This document shows, piece by piece, positions 1-8,910 of a stretch of 64,000 nucleotides of DNA. Each line of letters begins with the position of its first letter. The first letter of the stretch is position 1. The notes under the pieces were generated by a model. The model made no database searches. It saw only the letters and a program-made list of their open reading frames with translations, and was not told the origin of the DNA. This stretch comes from an uncultured Candidatus Saccharibacteria bacterium (lineage in GTDB: Bacteria > Patescibacteriota > Minisyncoccia > Phycocordibacterales > UBA12088). Position numbers and translations under genes: made by a program. The stretch covers positions 38,937-102,936 of the forward strand of contig CAZLUD010000001.1 in assembly GCA_964562615.1 (NCBI GenBank). The letters run 5' to 3'.

Positions 1-628
1 TGCATGACAGGACCTGGTCACCTATAACATGAACACGAAGCTCATATCTCTTAGGGATGTATTTTTGAAAAAGACAAGGGCTGCCGTTTAGAATATTTGG
101 ATCAATGGTACCTGCATTAATTTGGGAAGTGAGAATGCACTTATTCTCTAGGTGCACTCCGAGATTCCCTTGCTTAATTACAACGAGATCATTGCAAGCG
201 AAAGATAAGAGTTCTTCTTTACTGTTGGTAAAAATTGTATCAGGTGTCTTGAAGCCAATTGTTGTAGCAAGTTGTAACTGACCCAAGATGTTTTTGTTTC
301 TTAAAGTTGCCGATGGACGATTGATCCATCTAGCACCAGAGAATGCTGACTCCATCCACTCTTTAAGTGAGTCCCACGATGCTAAGAATAGTTTACGTTC
401 GTTTTCATCTTTGAACCAATCTTGTTTATAACTGATTCTAGGATGATGCACAAATACTGCGTTTGGCACTCGTTCAAAACGCTTACCAATAGCAACCCTT
501 GGAAAACATCCCAATTTCTGTGTATCAAAATTGAAATTGATACGTTCAACTGATGTGTGTAATTTGCAATTGGTCTCAATCACATCTGCATGAGTATTCT
601 CACTACGAGATAGCACCATGATAGACAT
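1..628 (-). CDS. ATP-grasp ligase of the MdnC/MvdD (graspetide/microviridin-type) family; N-terminal ~209 aa only, the gene runs off the window start
   Basis: Open minus-strand frame from ATG at 626-628 to position 1 with no stop, which is why the ORF track does not list it. AAGGAG lies 7 nt upstream of the ATG. Translation MSIMVLSRSENTHADVIETN...FNFDT...NKNILGQLQLATTIGFKTPDTIFTNSKEELLSF...LFQKYIPKRYELRVHVIGDQV matches motifs I recall from MdnC-type ATP-grasp enzymes (SRDNES..VI, FRFDTDRFP, KQLQLQVARQLGL.IP.T, FQENIPK..ELRI.IVGEQ). Confidence 0.6.
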   Translation of the reverse strand, partial: MSIMVLSRSENTHADVIETNCKLHTSVERINFNFDTQKLGCFPRVAIGKRFERVPNAVFVHHPRISYKQDWFKDENERKLFLASWDSLKEWMESAFSGARWINRPSATLRNKNILGQLQLATTIGFKTPDTIFTNSKEELLSFACNDLVVIKQGNLGVHLENKCILTSQINAGTIDPNILNGSPCLFQKYIPKRYELRVHVIGDQVLSC

Positions 629-645
629 TTTGACTCCTTTAAGGA

Positions 646-673
646 GTTGCCTACCTTGTTAAGGGTAGGCAAC
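646..673 (-). promoter_or_regulatory. Perfect 10 bp stem hairpin (gttgcctacc / ggtaggcaac) between the small upstream ORF and the ATP-grasp gene; candidate attenuator or partial terminator
   Basis: Inverted repeat read directly from the sequence. It lies 18 nt upstream of the ATP-grasp start codon and 12 nt downstream of the small ORF stop. Confidence 0.4.
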
Positions 674-684
674 CTACCTATTGG

Positions 685-777
685 TTACTCGTTGTTTTCG
701 TTACTTGAGTACTCGGTCGTTGGGCTTGCACCCTGAACGACAGGTGCTTCGGTGACGAAAAGGAACAGTAGACTCAT
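685..777 (-). CDS. Candidate graspetide precursor peptide, 30 aa (MSLLFLFVTEAPVVQGASPTTEYSSNENNE); a 34 aa form starts at the ATG at 787-789
   Basis: Hand-translated minus-strand ORF with stop TAA at 685-687 and GGAG 6 nt upstream of the ATG at 775-777. The C-terminus is rich in Thr/Ser and Glu/Asn, and the ORF sits immediately upstream of a graspetide-type ATP-grasp gene on the same strand. Below the 60 aa cutoff of the ORF track. Confidence 0.3.
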   Translation of the reverse strand: MSLLFLFVTEAPVVQGASPTTEYSSNENNE

Positions 778-1000
778 TTCAAACTCCATTGATTCGAGGT
801 TAAGCTTCCCAACACGTTTACACAACAGGGGTCATGCAAATGTTGGTCCAATTACAACCTAACATAATGCTTATTTATGTAAAGGATTAAGGAAACATTA
901 GGATTGCCAACAAACAATTATGCTATTGACTTTTCATAATAAAAACTTGTGATTGTTCAATCTCATCGGGGCATTTATTGATTTTGACCCATACAAAAAG

Positions 1001-1013
1001 TGGTGGACCATAG
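1001..1013 (-). repeat. 13 nt direct copy (12/13 matches) of the tRNA-Ala 3' end including the encoded CCA (tggtggaccatag versus tggtggaccctag at 1210-1222)
   Basis: Direct comparison of the two sequences; same orientation as the tRNA and about 200 bp downstream of its 3' end. Confidence 0.4.
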
Positions 1014-1209
1014 GTGACGCACACCTCAATACAAGCAATACCTGGTACTGCCCGTGGTGCGGCACAAAACAACTCCTAGAAGAAACTCCAAATTCAAGAA
1101 TTGCTACGCTCAGATAAGCGCTGTGACAAAAGCAGCAGCGTTTACTGCTGTTCAGTCCTTTGTAAGTAGACAAAAGAAAACCGCCAGACTGGTGACGGTT
1201 TATCAAATT

Positions 1210-1285
1210 TGGTGGACCCTAGCGGATTCGAACCGCTGACCTCCTGAGTGCAAAACAGGCGCTCTACCAACTGAGCTAAGGGCCC
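1210..1285 (-). tRNA. tRNA-Ala (anticodon UGC), CCA encoded
   Basis: Reverse complement GGGCCCTTAGCTCAGTTGGTAGAGCGCCTGTTTTGCACTCAGGAGGTCAGCGGTTCGAATCCGCTAGGGTCCACCA folds as a cloverleaf with anticodon loop TTTGCAC, G3:U70 in the acceptor stem (the Ala identity element) and T-loop GGTTCGAATCC. Confidence 0.9.
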
Positions 1286-1574
1286 GAGAAGTCGGCGCGA
1301 AAGTGCACCGACACGGATATATGAGCGAACTCACAAGAACAAAGTGCAAGGAATCACCTTCATAGAGACAAAACCCTCCAGCGACCCCTTGCGTAGATAC
1401 TGTAGCTGATTTTTGCCTAGAGTGCAATTGTGCAGGGGTAAAAAGGAAGACTATACTAGTAGAAGCAACCAGAAGGAGTGTCTCTTATGACTTGGTTTTT
1501 TGCGTTACTTCGCTGGCTATTTCCTGGGCTTTATAAGCCCATGTTCACCAAGAAGGAGTAGGCAGATTATTGTT

Positions 1575-1599
1575 AAGGCGTGCCCGCAGGGCACGCCTT
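1575..1599 (-). terminator. GC-rich hairpin (aaggcgtgccc..gggcacgcctt) just downstream of the ddl stop; putative terminator
   Basis: 11 bp perfect inverted repeat. No strong T-tract follows, so confidence is modest. Confidence 0.35.
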
Positions 1600-1604
1600 C
1601 TCAA

Positions 1605-2573
1605 CTATCTATGTAGCGCCAAGGTAAGTAAATGATCCAAAAAGTCTGGAAATTCGCACCCTACCGCTTTTAGCGCTTTTGGCACGAGGGATTCGCTGGT
1701 AAGTCCCGGGAGGGTATTAGTTTCTAGGTAAAAAATGCCTCGTTTTGAATGAATGATAAAATCGCTTCGTGAGTAATGTCTGAGTCCTAACGCTTCATGA
1801 ATGCTTTTGGCAAGACGTGATAATTCATAAGTTTCGTCTTTGGTGAAGTTGCCTGGACAACGCTCTTCACTATTACCTTTATATTTTGCATCATAGTCAA
1901 AAAAGCTACTTCCTGTCTTTGGGACTATTTCTATTGGCAACATGGCGTACAGTGGTTCAGAACGAAAATGTTCAAGCACCCCAACTGTTGCCTCCTTGCC
2001 TTGTATATATTCCTCAACTAACACCCTTGGGCTTATTTCAAACGCGGCGCGTACCGCATCTTCAAATGCAGCAAACGTACGTGGTAGTGACACCCCTACA
2101 CTAGAGCCGGAGTGTGCAGGCTTTACCACAAGTGGTGGTGCAAATGTTTTAAATGCACGAACCAAGTCTCCCGCGTGCGTACTTGAAACCACCAACTCAA
2201 CAGACCCTGGTGTTTTTAGCCCGGCTGTTTTTGCAATATCCTTTGCGCGTAGCTTATTCATTGCAAACGCACTCCCTAGTGCCTTTGAGCCAGTATAGCG
2301 GACCCCAACAGTATCCATAAGACGCTGTATCTGCCCATCCTCACCATATGTACCGTGAAGCGCATTAAATACTACATCTACTTGTCGTAGCACTGAGATT
2401 GGTTCTACAGGTCTTCCTTGATGGTGCCACACACCACTTGTATCAATAAAAATATCTTTTGCGTGATACTTTTCACTTGGGAGATGTTGTAGTACCTCGG
2501 CACCTGTACGCAAAGACACCTCATACTCATGTGAGGGTCCACCACGAACCACGCCTACTCGTACCCTATGCAT
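1605..2573 (-). CDS. ddl: D-alanine--D-alanine ligase
   Basis: ORF track 1605..2618. Start moved to the internal ATG giving MHRVRVGVVRGGPSHEYEVSL, the canonical Ddl N-terminus. ATP-grasp body with EEYIQGKEATVGVL and C-terminal LETNTLPGLT. Confidence 0.85.
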   Translation of the reverse strand: MHRVRVGVVRGGPSHEYEVSLRTGAEVLQHLPSEKYHAKDIFIDTSGVWHHQGRPVEPISVLRQVDVVFNALHGTYGEDGQIQRLMDTVGVRYTGSKALGSAFAMNKLRAKDIAKTAGLKTPGSVELVVSSTHAGDLVRAFKTFAPPLVVKPAHSGSSVGVSLPRTFAAFEDAVRAAFEISPRVLVEEYIQGKEATVGVLEHFRSEPLYAMLPIEIVPKTGSSFFDYDAKYKGNSEERCPGNFTKDETYELSRLAKSIHEALGLRHYSRSDFIIHSKRGIFYLETNTLPGLTSESLVPKALKAVGCEFPDFLDHLLTLALHR

Positions 2574-2607
2574 ACAATAATTATAGCACCAGGTGTCACT
2601 TCTCCTA

Positions 2608-3861
2608 TTACTCTCCAAATGATGCGCGTTGGCGCTTTTTTCTGTGCCACTCTATAGCAAATCGGTGTGCCTCGGCATTCGCTAAAATAATTGCTCGATC
2701 AATTGATGCTATTGCAGAGAGAGCAGGCGGCATGATGCCGATTATTTCTTTTGCTTTGTGATGCTCATCTTTTGTCACTGCAACAACAGGTATTTCATAG
2801 CCAAACGACGCAAGCACCTTTTGTGCCACACTCAGTTGTGCCTTAGCTCCATCTACAACCACCAATGTTGGGAGTCGCCACTCATGGTGAGTACATCGTC
2901 GCTCCAACACCTGCTTTAATGCACCCGTATCATCCGCACTTGTTATGCCGTTTATAATAAATTTTCTGTACTCAGTTTTTTGCACCTCCCCATTTTCAAC
3001 CACGGTCATAACTCCGACCATTTCCTTTCCTGAGGTGTGCGCAATGTCATACGCCTCAATGCGCACGGATGAGCCTGGCTCGTACAATGCTTCTCGCTTG
3101 ATAAGTGAAATGTCCCGTATGTGTTTAAGTGCGTATAGCTGGCGCTTTCGCTCCCCTGCTCGTTCAAACAACTCAGCATGTGCATACTCTTCCATCTCTT
3201 TGCTTAGTCTATCCAAGAGCTGTTTCTTCTTTCCTGAAAACAGAAGAATAATGTGTCGAATTGTTTTTGCATACTCACGCACACCATCGGCATCACTTTT
3301 TGGATATATACCTAATGATTGATAAAAGGCAATTTTGCCCTTTTCTGTCTTTGATGTAGCACTACCAACTGGATGCTTGGTATCAAAGAATGGAAAAATC
3401 TTTCTTATGAGTAGCAACGCTTCGGTTAGCTGATTTCCATACGGAAATGGTCCAAAAAGCTTTTTGATTTCTGATTTTTTAAATGCAGTAGACAAATCTT
3501 TTCCGCGTACCTTAAGCACTCGTGGAAATGCTTCATTGGTAATCACCACATAGTTATAGCTTTTATCATCCTTAAGGAGCGTGTTGTACTTTGGCTTATA
3601 GGTCTTAATTAAATTGGCTTCAAGGATAAGCGCTTCAAGCACTGAGTCTGTCGTACGATAATCTAGTATGTGTGCTTCTTCAACCATTTTTACAATGGTT
3701 GGACTTCTGCTTTCCACTAAATCCTTTGCGAAATAGCTTTTTGTTCGATCTTTTAGCGATGTTGCCTTACCTATGTACAACACCTTTTTTTGCTTATTAA
3801 GAAAAAAGTACACCCCTGGTGTTTGCGGTATATTTTTATTTTTTAGATATTCCTTTTGCAT
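2608..3861 (-). CDS. uvrC: Excinuclease ABC subunit C, short form (417 aa)
   Basis: N-terminal GIY-YIG motif (PGVYFFLNK...VLYIGKATSLKDRTKSYF) and a C-terminal RNase-H-like endonuclease region (LVVVDGAKAQL...). It lacks the long UvrB-interaction/HhH extension of canonical ~600 aa UvrC. Lies in an operon-like block with uvrA and uvrB. Confidence 0.8.
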   Translation of the reverse strand: MQKEYLKNKNIPQTPGVYFFLNKQKKVLYIGKATSLKDRTKSYFAKDLVESRSPTIVKMVEEAHILDYRTTDSVLEALILEANLIKTYKPKYNTLLKDDKSYNYVVITNEAFPRVLKVRGKDLSTAFKKSEIKKLFGPFPYGNQLTEALLLIRKIFPFFDTKHPVGSATSKTEKGKIAFYQSLGIYPKSDADGVREYAKTIRHIILLFSGKKKQLLDRLSKEMEEYAHAELFERAGERKRQLYALKHIRDISLIKREALYEPGSSVRIEAYDIAHTSGKEMVGVMTVVENGEVQKTEYRKFIINGITSADDTGALKQVLERRCTHHEWRLPTLVVVDGAKAQLSVAQKVLASFGYEIPVVAVTKDEHHKAKEIIGIMPPALSAIASIDRAIILANAEAHRFAIEWHRKKRQRASFGE

Positions 3862-3885
3862 ACGAGTAGTGAAAAGAAGTGCCCC

Positions 3886-4146
3886 CTAAGAGGGGGCGGG
3901 AACAAGCTTTACATAGAGCGCATCAAATTTTTGATGTAGATCAACGTGTGGGCAAGTTTTAAAGTATAGCGCTATTTGCTGTAAGCAAGGGATGCTAAGT
4001 TCTGCTTCTTGTAAGTGCACAAGCACCTGTTCATAGTACATTCTTGAGTCGGCACCTTCACTTGTAATGGACGCTTTATAGATAGCATCCAATATTGCTC
4101 CCACATGTTGGGAGGGTGTAAGTATATGCAACCCGTGACTTTGCAT
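3886..4146 (-). CDS. Hypothetical small protein between uvrC and uvrA
   Basis: ORF track 3886..4188. Start moved to MQSHGL because AAGGGGG lies 7 nt upstream. No recognisable motifs. Confidence 0.4.
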   Translation of the reverse strand: MQSHGLHILTPSQHVGAILDAIYKASITSEGADSRMYYEQVLVHLQEAELSIPCLQQIALYFKTCPHVDLHQKFDALYVKLVPAPS

Positions 4147-4187
4147 GACAAGCCCCCTTTTGACTTCCCTAAAAAATAATACTAGCA

Positions 4188-6770
4188 CTACTTTAAATAT
4201 CTTGCCAGATATGCGCCGGTGTGGCTTCCTTTGGTCTTTGCCACTTCTTCTGGGGTTCCCTTGGCTACCACCTTACCACCTCGCACTCCACCCTCTGGGC
4301 CAATATCAATAAGGTAGTCTGCGTTTTTAATAAGATCAAGATTGTGTTCAATAATAACCACCGAGTGACCTCTTCGCACTAGCTCTTGAAGGATATCAAT
4401 GAGTCGCTGTACGTCTTCATAATGAAGTCCCACAGTAGGCTCATCAAGAAGGTATATTGTTTTTGTTACACTAGATCTATATAGCTCTGATGCAATTTTT
4501 AACCGCTGCGCCTCGCCACCTGAGAGAGTGGTCGCACTTTGTCCAAGCTGAAGATATGAAAGACCGGTTTCTTCAAGAATACGTAGACGATCATATATCT
4601 GAGGGATATCTTCAAAAAAGACAATCGCCTCTTCAATGGTCATTTGCAGTATTTCGTGAATACTCTTCTTTTTATACTTAACCTCAAGTGTCTCCTTCAT
4701 AAACCTCTTTCCGTCGCACACATCGCAGGTTACATATACCGTAGGAAGAAAATGCATTTCAACCGCAATTAGTCCATTGCCTTGGCATGTTTCGCATCGC
4801 CCACCTTTTACATTGAAAGAAAATCTACTTGGCTTCCATCCACGTGCTCGTGCTTCATTTGTCTCCGCAAATAGCTCACGTATAAAGGTAAATGCGCCCG
4901 TATACGTAGCTGGGTTTGATCGAGGGGTACGCCCAATTGGCGATTGGTCAATAAGTACCGTACGCCCCAAGTATTCTGTACCGGTAAGACTCGCTATGTT
5001 GTATAGCTTTGTGGTTCTGTGACTTTTTTCAAGTCTTGCAAGAAGATTTCTATGCAGAATTTCGTACATAAATGATGACTTACCAGACCCCGAGACACCA
5101 GTGATGCATACCAGCTTTCCAAGCGGAACATCAACATTCATATTTTGGATATTAAATATTGATCCGCCACGGATTTTAAGCGAGCCTTTGTCTGTATCTC
5201 TCCTACTCTCTGGCACCGGTATTTTTTTGTCTCCTCGAAGGTACGCCACCGTGCTTGAGCCACTCACATCCTTCTTTGCCTTTAACAAGGTATCAACATA
5301 GTCGGCTACCATCACCTCACCACCGTGCCGTCCTGCCTTTGGTCCGATATCAATAAGGTAATCAGCAGATAGTATGGTGTCTTCATCGTGCTCTACTACT
5401 ATAATGGTGTTACCTAAGTCTCTAAGGTCTAGCAAGGTTTTGATAAGTCTGTCGTTATCACGTTGATGGAGTCCAATGGTAGGTTCATCAAGTACATAGA
5501 GTGCCCCGACAAGTCCACTACCAAGCTGGCTCGCTAGGCGTATGCGCTGTGCTTCGCCACCTGAGAGGGTGTTTGCTTTTCTATCGAGGGTAAGATACTC
5601 GATACCAACATTGATCATAAATTGCAGGCGATTGCTTATCTCTTTGAGTATCACACCAGCAATTTCTTTCTCTTTCTTTGTAAGTGAAAGAGTAGCAATA
5701 AACTTCATTGCATCTTCTATTGAAAGATTTACAAATTCAACGATGTTTTTACCCTCTCCTTTTTTATCTCCGCCCACATATACATTGAGCGCTTCTTTTC
5801 TTAGGCGGGCGCCATGACAAACATCACACACTTCGCTATTAAATATCCCCGCCATGCCAAGCCCATTACAGTTAGGACACGCGCCATACGGTGAGTTAAA
5901 AGAAAATAGTCGTGGCTCCACCTCCGGAAAGGGCGTACCGTCGGTAGGGCAAATAAACTTAGATGAGAGCATTTGCTCTGTGCCATCTGGAAATATGAGT
6001 TTAATAAGTCCATCGCTTTCATGCAGCGCTTGTTCGATTGCTTCTCCTAATCGCTCGTCTGAGCCTTTTTTATCTTCGGTAAATTCAGTAACAAAAATAT
6101 CATCCACCACCACATCAATGTGGTGACGCTTGTTTCTATCGAGCTCTATTTTGTCACGAAGGGATTTTGTTTCGCTGTCTATCACTACCTGCTCATACCC
6201 TTTACCCAAAAGGTCATAAAGCATTTGATAGTACTCGCCCTTGCGCCCCACAACAAGCGGTGCAAGTATGCGAAGTTTTAAATCATTAACCGCGACGCCC
6301 ATTACCTTCTTACTAGTCTTCTTTAGGTCAATTGCTTTAACTGCGTGTATAGCGACTGCCTTCATTTCTTCAATGGACATCTTAGTGATGCGTGCATCAC
6401 CCTCCATACAATACGCCTTTCCGACACGCGCATATAAAATACGAAGATAGTCGTATATTTCAGTAATGGTAGCTACAGTAGAGCGTGGGTTATTGGAGCG
6501 AGACTTTTGATCTATTGATATCGCAGGCGAGAGCCCCGTTATTTCTTCAACATCAGGCTTTTGCATCTGATTAAGAAATTGACGTGCATAGGAAGATAGC
6601 GACTCAACATAGCGTCGTTGTCCTTCTGCAAAAATGGTATCAAATGCAAGTGATGATTTTCCTGAGCCAGACATGCCTGTTATGGCAATCATTTTATTCC
6701 TTGGCATTTCTACCGTGATGTTTTTGAGATTATGTGTTTTTGCTCCTTTTACTATTATTTTGTCGTCCAT
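4188..6770 (-). CDS. uvrA: Excinuclease ABC subunit A
   Basis: N-terminus MDDKIIVKGAKTHNLKNITVEMP. Two ABC ATPase cassettes (GMSGSGKSSLAF and GVSGSGKSSF) with a Zn-finger CxxC insertion. Confidence 0.9.
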   Translation of the reverse strand: MDDKIIVKGAKTHNLKNITVEMPRNKMIAITGMSGSGKSSLAFDTIFAEGQRRYVESLSSYARQFLNQMQKPDVEEITGLSPAISIDQKSRSNNPRSTVATITEIYDYLRILYARVGKAYCMEGDARITKMSIEEMKAVAIHAVKAIDLKKTSKKVMGVAVNDLKLRILAPLVVGRKGEYYQMLYDLLGKGYEQVVIDSETKSLRDKIELDRNKRHHIDVVVDDIFVTEFTEDKKGSDERLGEAIEQALHESDGLIKLIFPDGTEQMLSSKFICPTDGTPFPEVEPRLFSFNSPYGACPNCNGLGMAGIFNSEVCDVCHGARLRKEALNVYVGGDKKGEGKNIVEFVNLSIEDAMKFIATLSLTKKEKEIAGVILKEISNRLQFMINVGIEYLTLDRKANTLSGGEAQRIRLASQLGSGLVGALYVLDEPTIGLHQRDNDRLIKTLLDLRDLGNTIIVVEHDEDTILSADYLIDIGPKAGRHGGEVMVADYVDTLLKAKKDVSGSSTVAYLRGDKKIPVPESRRDTDKGSLKIRGGSIFNIQNMNVDVPLGKLVCITGVSGSGKSSFMYEILHRNLLARLEKSHRTTKLYNIASLTGTEYLGRTVLIDQSPIGRTPRSNPATYTGAFTFIRELFAETNEARARGWKPSRFSFNVKGGRCETCQGNGLIAVEMHFLPTVYVTCDVCDGKRFMKETLEVKYKKKSIHEILQMTIEEAIVFFEDIPQIYDRLRILEETGLSYLQLGQSATTLSGGEAQRLKIASELYRSSVTKTIYLLDEPTVGLHYEDVQRLIDILQELVRRGHSVVIIEHNLDLIKNADYLIDIGPEGGVRGGKVVAKGTPEEVAKTKGSHTGAYLARYLK

Positions 6771-6818
6771 ATCAATTGATTGCTCAAAAGAGCACGTTAC
6801 GCGTGGTTCGAGTATACA

Positions 6819-8888
6819 CTATTTTCGCTTCCATCTCTTGCGCGCCTTTTTTGCTCCATCGTCTCCCATAAGCTCTGCAATTTCGTCTCGCAGAATGGCG
6901 GCAGTCTCAAAGTCTAGTAATTTTACCGCTTCTTCCATTTGTGTGCGTTTTTCAGCAATGGTTGCCTCTGGGTTGTTGTCGTATAGCGCTCGGTCTATTT
7001 CAAGTAATGCGCCGACCGCCTTTTTGTGTTCGGTTCGAAGGTGTTCTGTGATGTCATTAATAGATTTCTTGATACTGGTTGGTGTAATATTATGAGCAAC
7101 ATTGTATGCGTGTTGCACTTCACGTCTGCGACGTGTCTCGTTAATCGCTTTACTCATTGAGTCAGTCACCTCGTCCGCATACAGTATCACCTTACCTTCG
7201 ACATTTCGTGCAGCTCTTCCCATGGTTTGCATCAGGGATGTTTCTGAGCGCAAAAAGCCTTCTTTGTCAGCATCAAGTATCCCCACCAACGTTACTTCTG
7301 GTAGATCAAGACCCTCACGCAACAAGTTTACTCCTACCAGCACATCAAATGTCCCTTTTCTAAACTCAGTGAGTGTGGTGATTCGGTCAATGGTTTTTAC
7401 ATCGCTATGCAGATACTCTGCCTTAATATCTTTTTCTTTGAGAAATTCAGCAAAGTCTTCTGCCATTTTCTTGGTAAGAGTAGTCACAAGCACTCGTCCT
7501 CCCTTTTTTACTGCCGTACTTGTCTCGTGTATAAAATCTTTTACTTGTCCGCCGTACTTGCCTTTAGCAAGAATCGGACGAACCTCGATTTCGGGATCAA
7601 GTAGTCCTGTTGGGCGCACTATCTGCTCTGCAATGCCACCCATTGGCGGCACTGAATGTTCCTTTTCATAAACACCAGGAGTTGCCGAGGTATAGATTGT
7701 TTGCCCCACTCGAGCCTCAAATTCAGTAAAGGTAAGTGGTCGATTATCTTTTGCGCTTGGTAATCTAAATCCATGGTCAACCAGTGTCTGCTTTCGCGAT
7801 TGGTCACCAGCAAACATGGCCCTGAGTTGTGGCACCGTCACATGAGACTCATCAATAATGGTAATAAAGTCAGGTGAGCCGTCTTTATGATGTGGAAAAT
7901 AATCAATGAGCGTATACGGTGGATCACCAGCGTTTCTTCCATCAAAATGTCGTGAGTAGTTTTCTACCCCATTGCAATATCCAACCTCTCGTATCAGAGC
8001 AAGGTCATAGTTCGTTCTACGTTTGAGACGCTCTGCTTCTAGAATTTTTCCTTCTTTCTCAAACACCTTTAATTGCGCCGCAAGCTCAGCCTTAATATCT
8101 TTTGCAGCGCGCTCACGTTCTTCTTCAGGAGTTACGTAGTGCTTTGCAGGGAAAATAAAAATACTATCTACCTCTTTTACGAGCGCTCGAGAGACAGGGT
8201 CAATGATTGATATTGATGATATACCTGAACCCATAAATGCTACTCGATAAATAATCTTTTCATTGATGGGCATTATTTCAAGCACATTTCCTCTCCCTCT
8301 AAACTCCCCCGGCGAGAGGTCTGCGTTAGTACGGGTAAAATAAATCGCCACAAGCTTTCTTACCATTTCAGCCCTCGTTATTGTCACCCCTTTTGCCAAT
8401 TTGACATTAACCTTTTCATACTCACTTGGGGAGCCAAGTCCGTAAATACATGATACTGATGCCACCACAATGACATCGGTTCGAGTGAGGAGTGCTTGAG
8501 TTGCCGAGTGACGCAAGCGATCAATCTCTTCGTTTACCATTGCCTCCTTTTCAATATAGGTATCAGACGTGGGCATGTACGCCTCTGGTTGATAGTAATC
8601 GTAGTACGAAACAAAGTAGTGCACTGCCGCATCAGGAAAGAACTCTTTATATTCTTGCGCGAGCTGTGCTGCAAGTGTCTTGTTATGAGCAATAACAAGC
8701 GCAGGCTTGTTTACCGTTGCAATTACATTAGCGGCAGTAAATGTCTTGCCTGAACCAGTTACACCAATAAGGGTCTGGTGTCGAAGACCCTTTTCGTATC
8801 CTGATAGCAATGTCGAAATAGCCTTGGGTTGATCACCTGAGGGCTTATACTTTGATACCAGGGTAAATGGGTTGCGTGACTTTGCCAT
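6819..8888 (-). CDS. uvrB: Excinuclease ABC subunit B
   Basis: LIGVTGSGKTFT Walker A, YDYYQPEAY motif and C-terminal UVR domain (ILRDEIAELM). Confidence 0.95.
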   Translation of the reverse strand: MAKSRNPFTLVSKYKPSGDQPKAISTLLSGYEKGLRHQTLIGVTGSGKTFTAANVIATVNKPALVIAHNKTLAAQLAQEYKEFFPDAAVHYFVSYYDYYQPEAYMPTSDTYIEKEAMVNEEIDRLRHSATQALLTRTDVIVVASVSCIYGLGSPSEYEKVNVKLAKGVTITRAEMVRKLVAIYFTRTNADLSPGEFRGRGNVLEIMPINEKIIYRVAFMGSGISSISIIDPVSRALVKEVDSIFIFPAKHYVTPEEERERAAKDIKAELAAQLKVFEKEGKILEAERLKRRTNYDLALIREVGYCNGVENYSRHFDGRNAGDPPYTLIDYFPHHKDGSPDFITIIDESHVTVPQLRAMFAGDQSRKQTLVDHGFRLPSAKDNRPLTFTEFEARVGQTIYTSATPGVYEKEHSVPPMGGIAEQIVRPTGLLDPEIEVRPILAKGKYGGQVKDFIHETSTAVKKGGRVLVTTLTKKMAEDFAEFLKEKDIKAEYLHSDVKTIDRITTLTEFRKGTFDVLVGVNLLREGLDLPEVTLVGILDADKEGFLRSETSLMQTMGRAARNVEGKVILYADEVTDSMSKAINETRRRREVQHAYNVAHNITPTSIKKSINDITEHLRTEHKKAVGALLEIDRALYDNNPEATIAEKRTQMEEAVKLLDFETAAILRDEIAELMGDDGAKKARKRWKRK

Positions 8889-8910
8889 AGACTAAGACTA
8901 CACGATTTTC

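Noticed and set aside
934-1206. 90 aa minus-strand ORF between the precursor-like ORF and tRNA-Ala
   Set aside because: Low-complexity, Cys/His-rich sequence of odd composition. It spans the tRNA 3'-end direct repeat and has no RBS, so it is probably non-coding att-remnant DNA.
1054-1427. ORF-track ORFs 1054..1239(+) and 1203..1427(-)
   Set aside because: Both overlap the tRNA-Ala gene and its flanks and have no protein-like composition, so they are treated as spurious.
1886-3322. Plus-strand ORFs antisense to ddl and uvrC (1886..2104, 1942..2298, 2459..2761, 2945..3322)
   Set aside because: They are embedded antisense in strongly supported genes. Ser/Ala/Pro-rich composition is typical of antisense frames.
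4490-8753. Numerous plus-strand ORFs antisense to uvrA and uvrB
   Set aside because: Antisense to confidently identified genes with no independent support.
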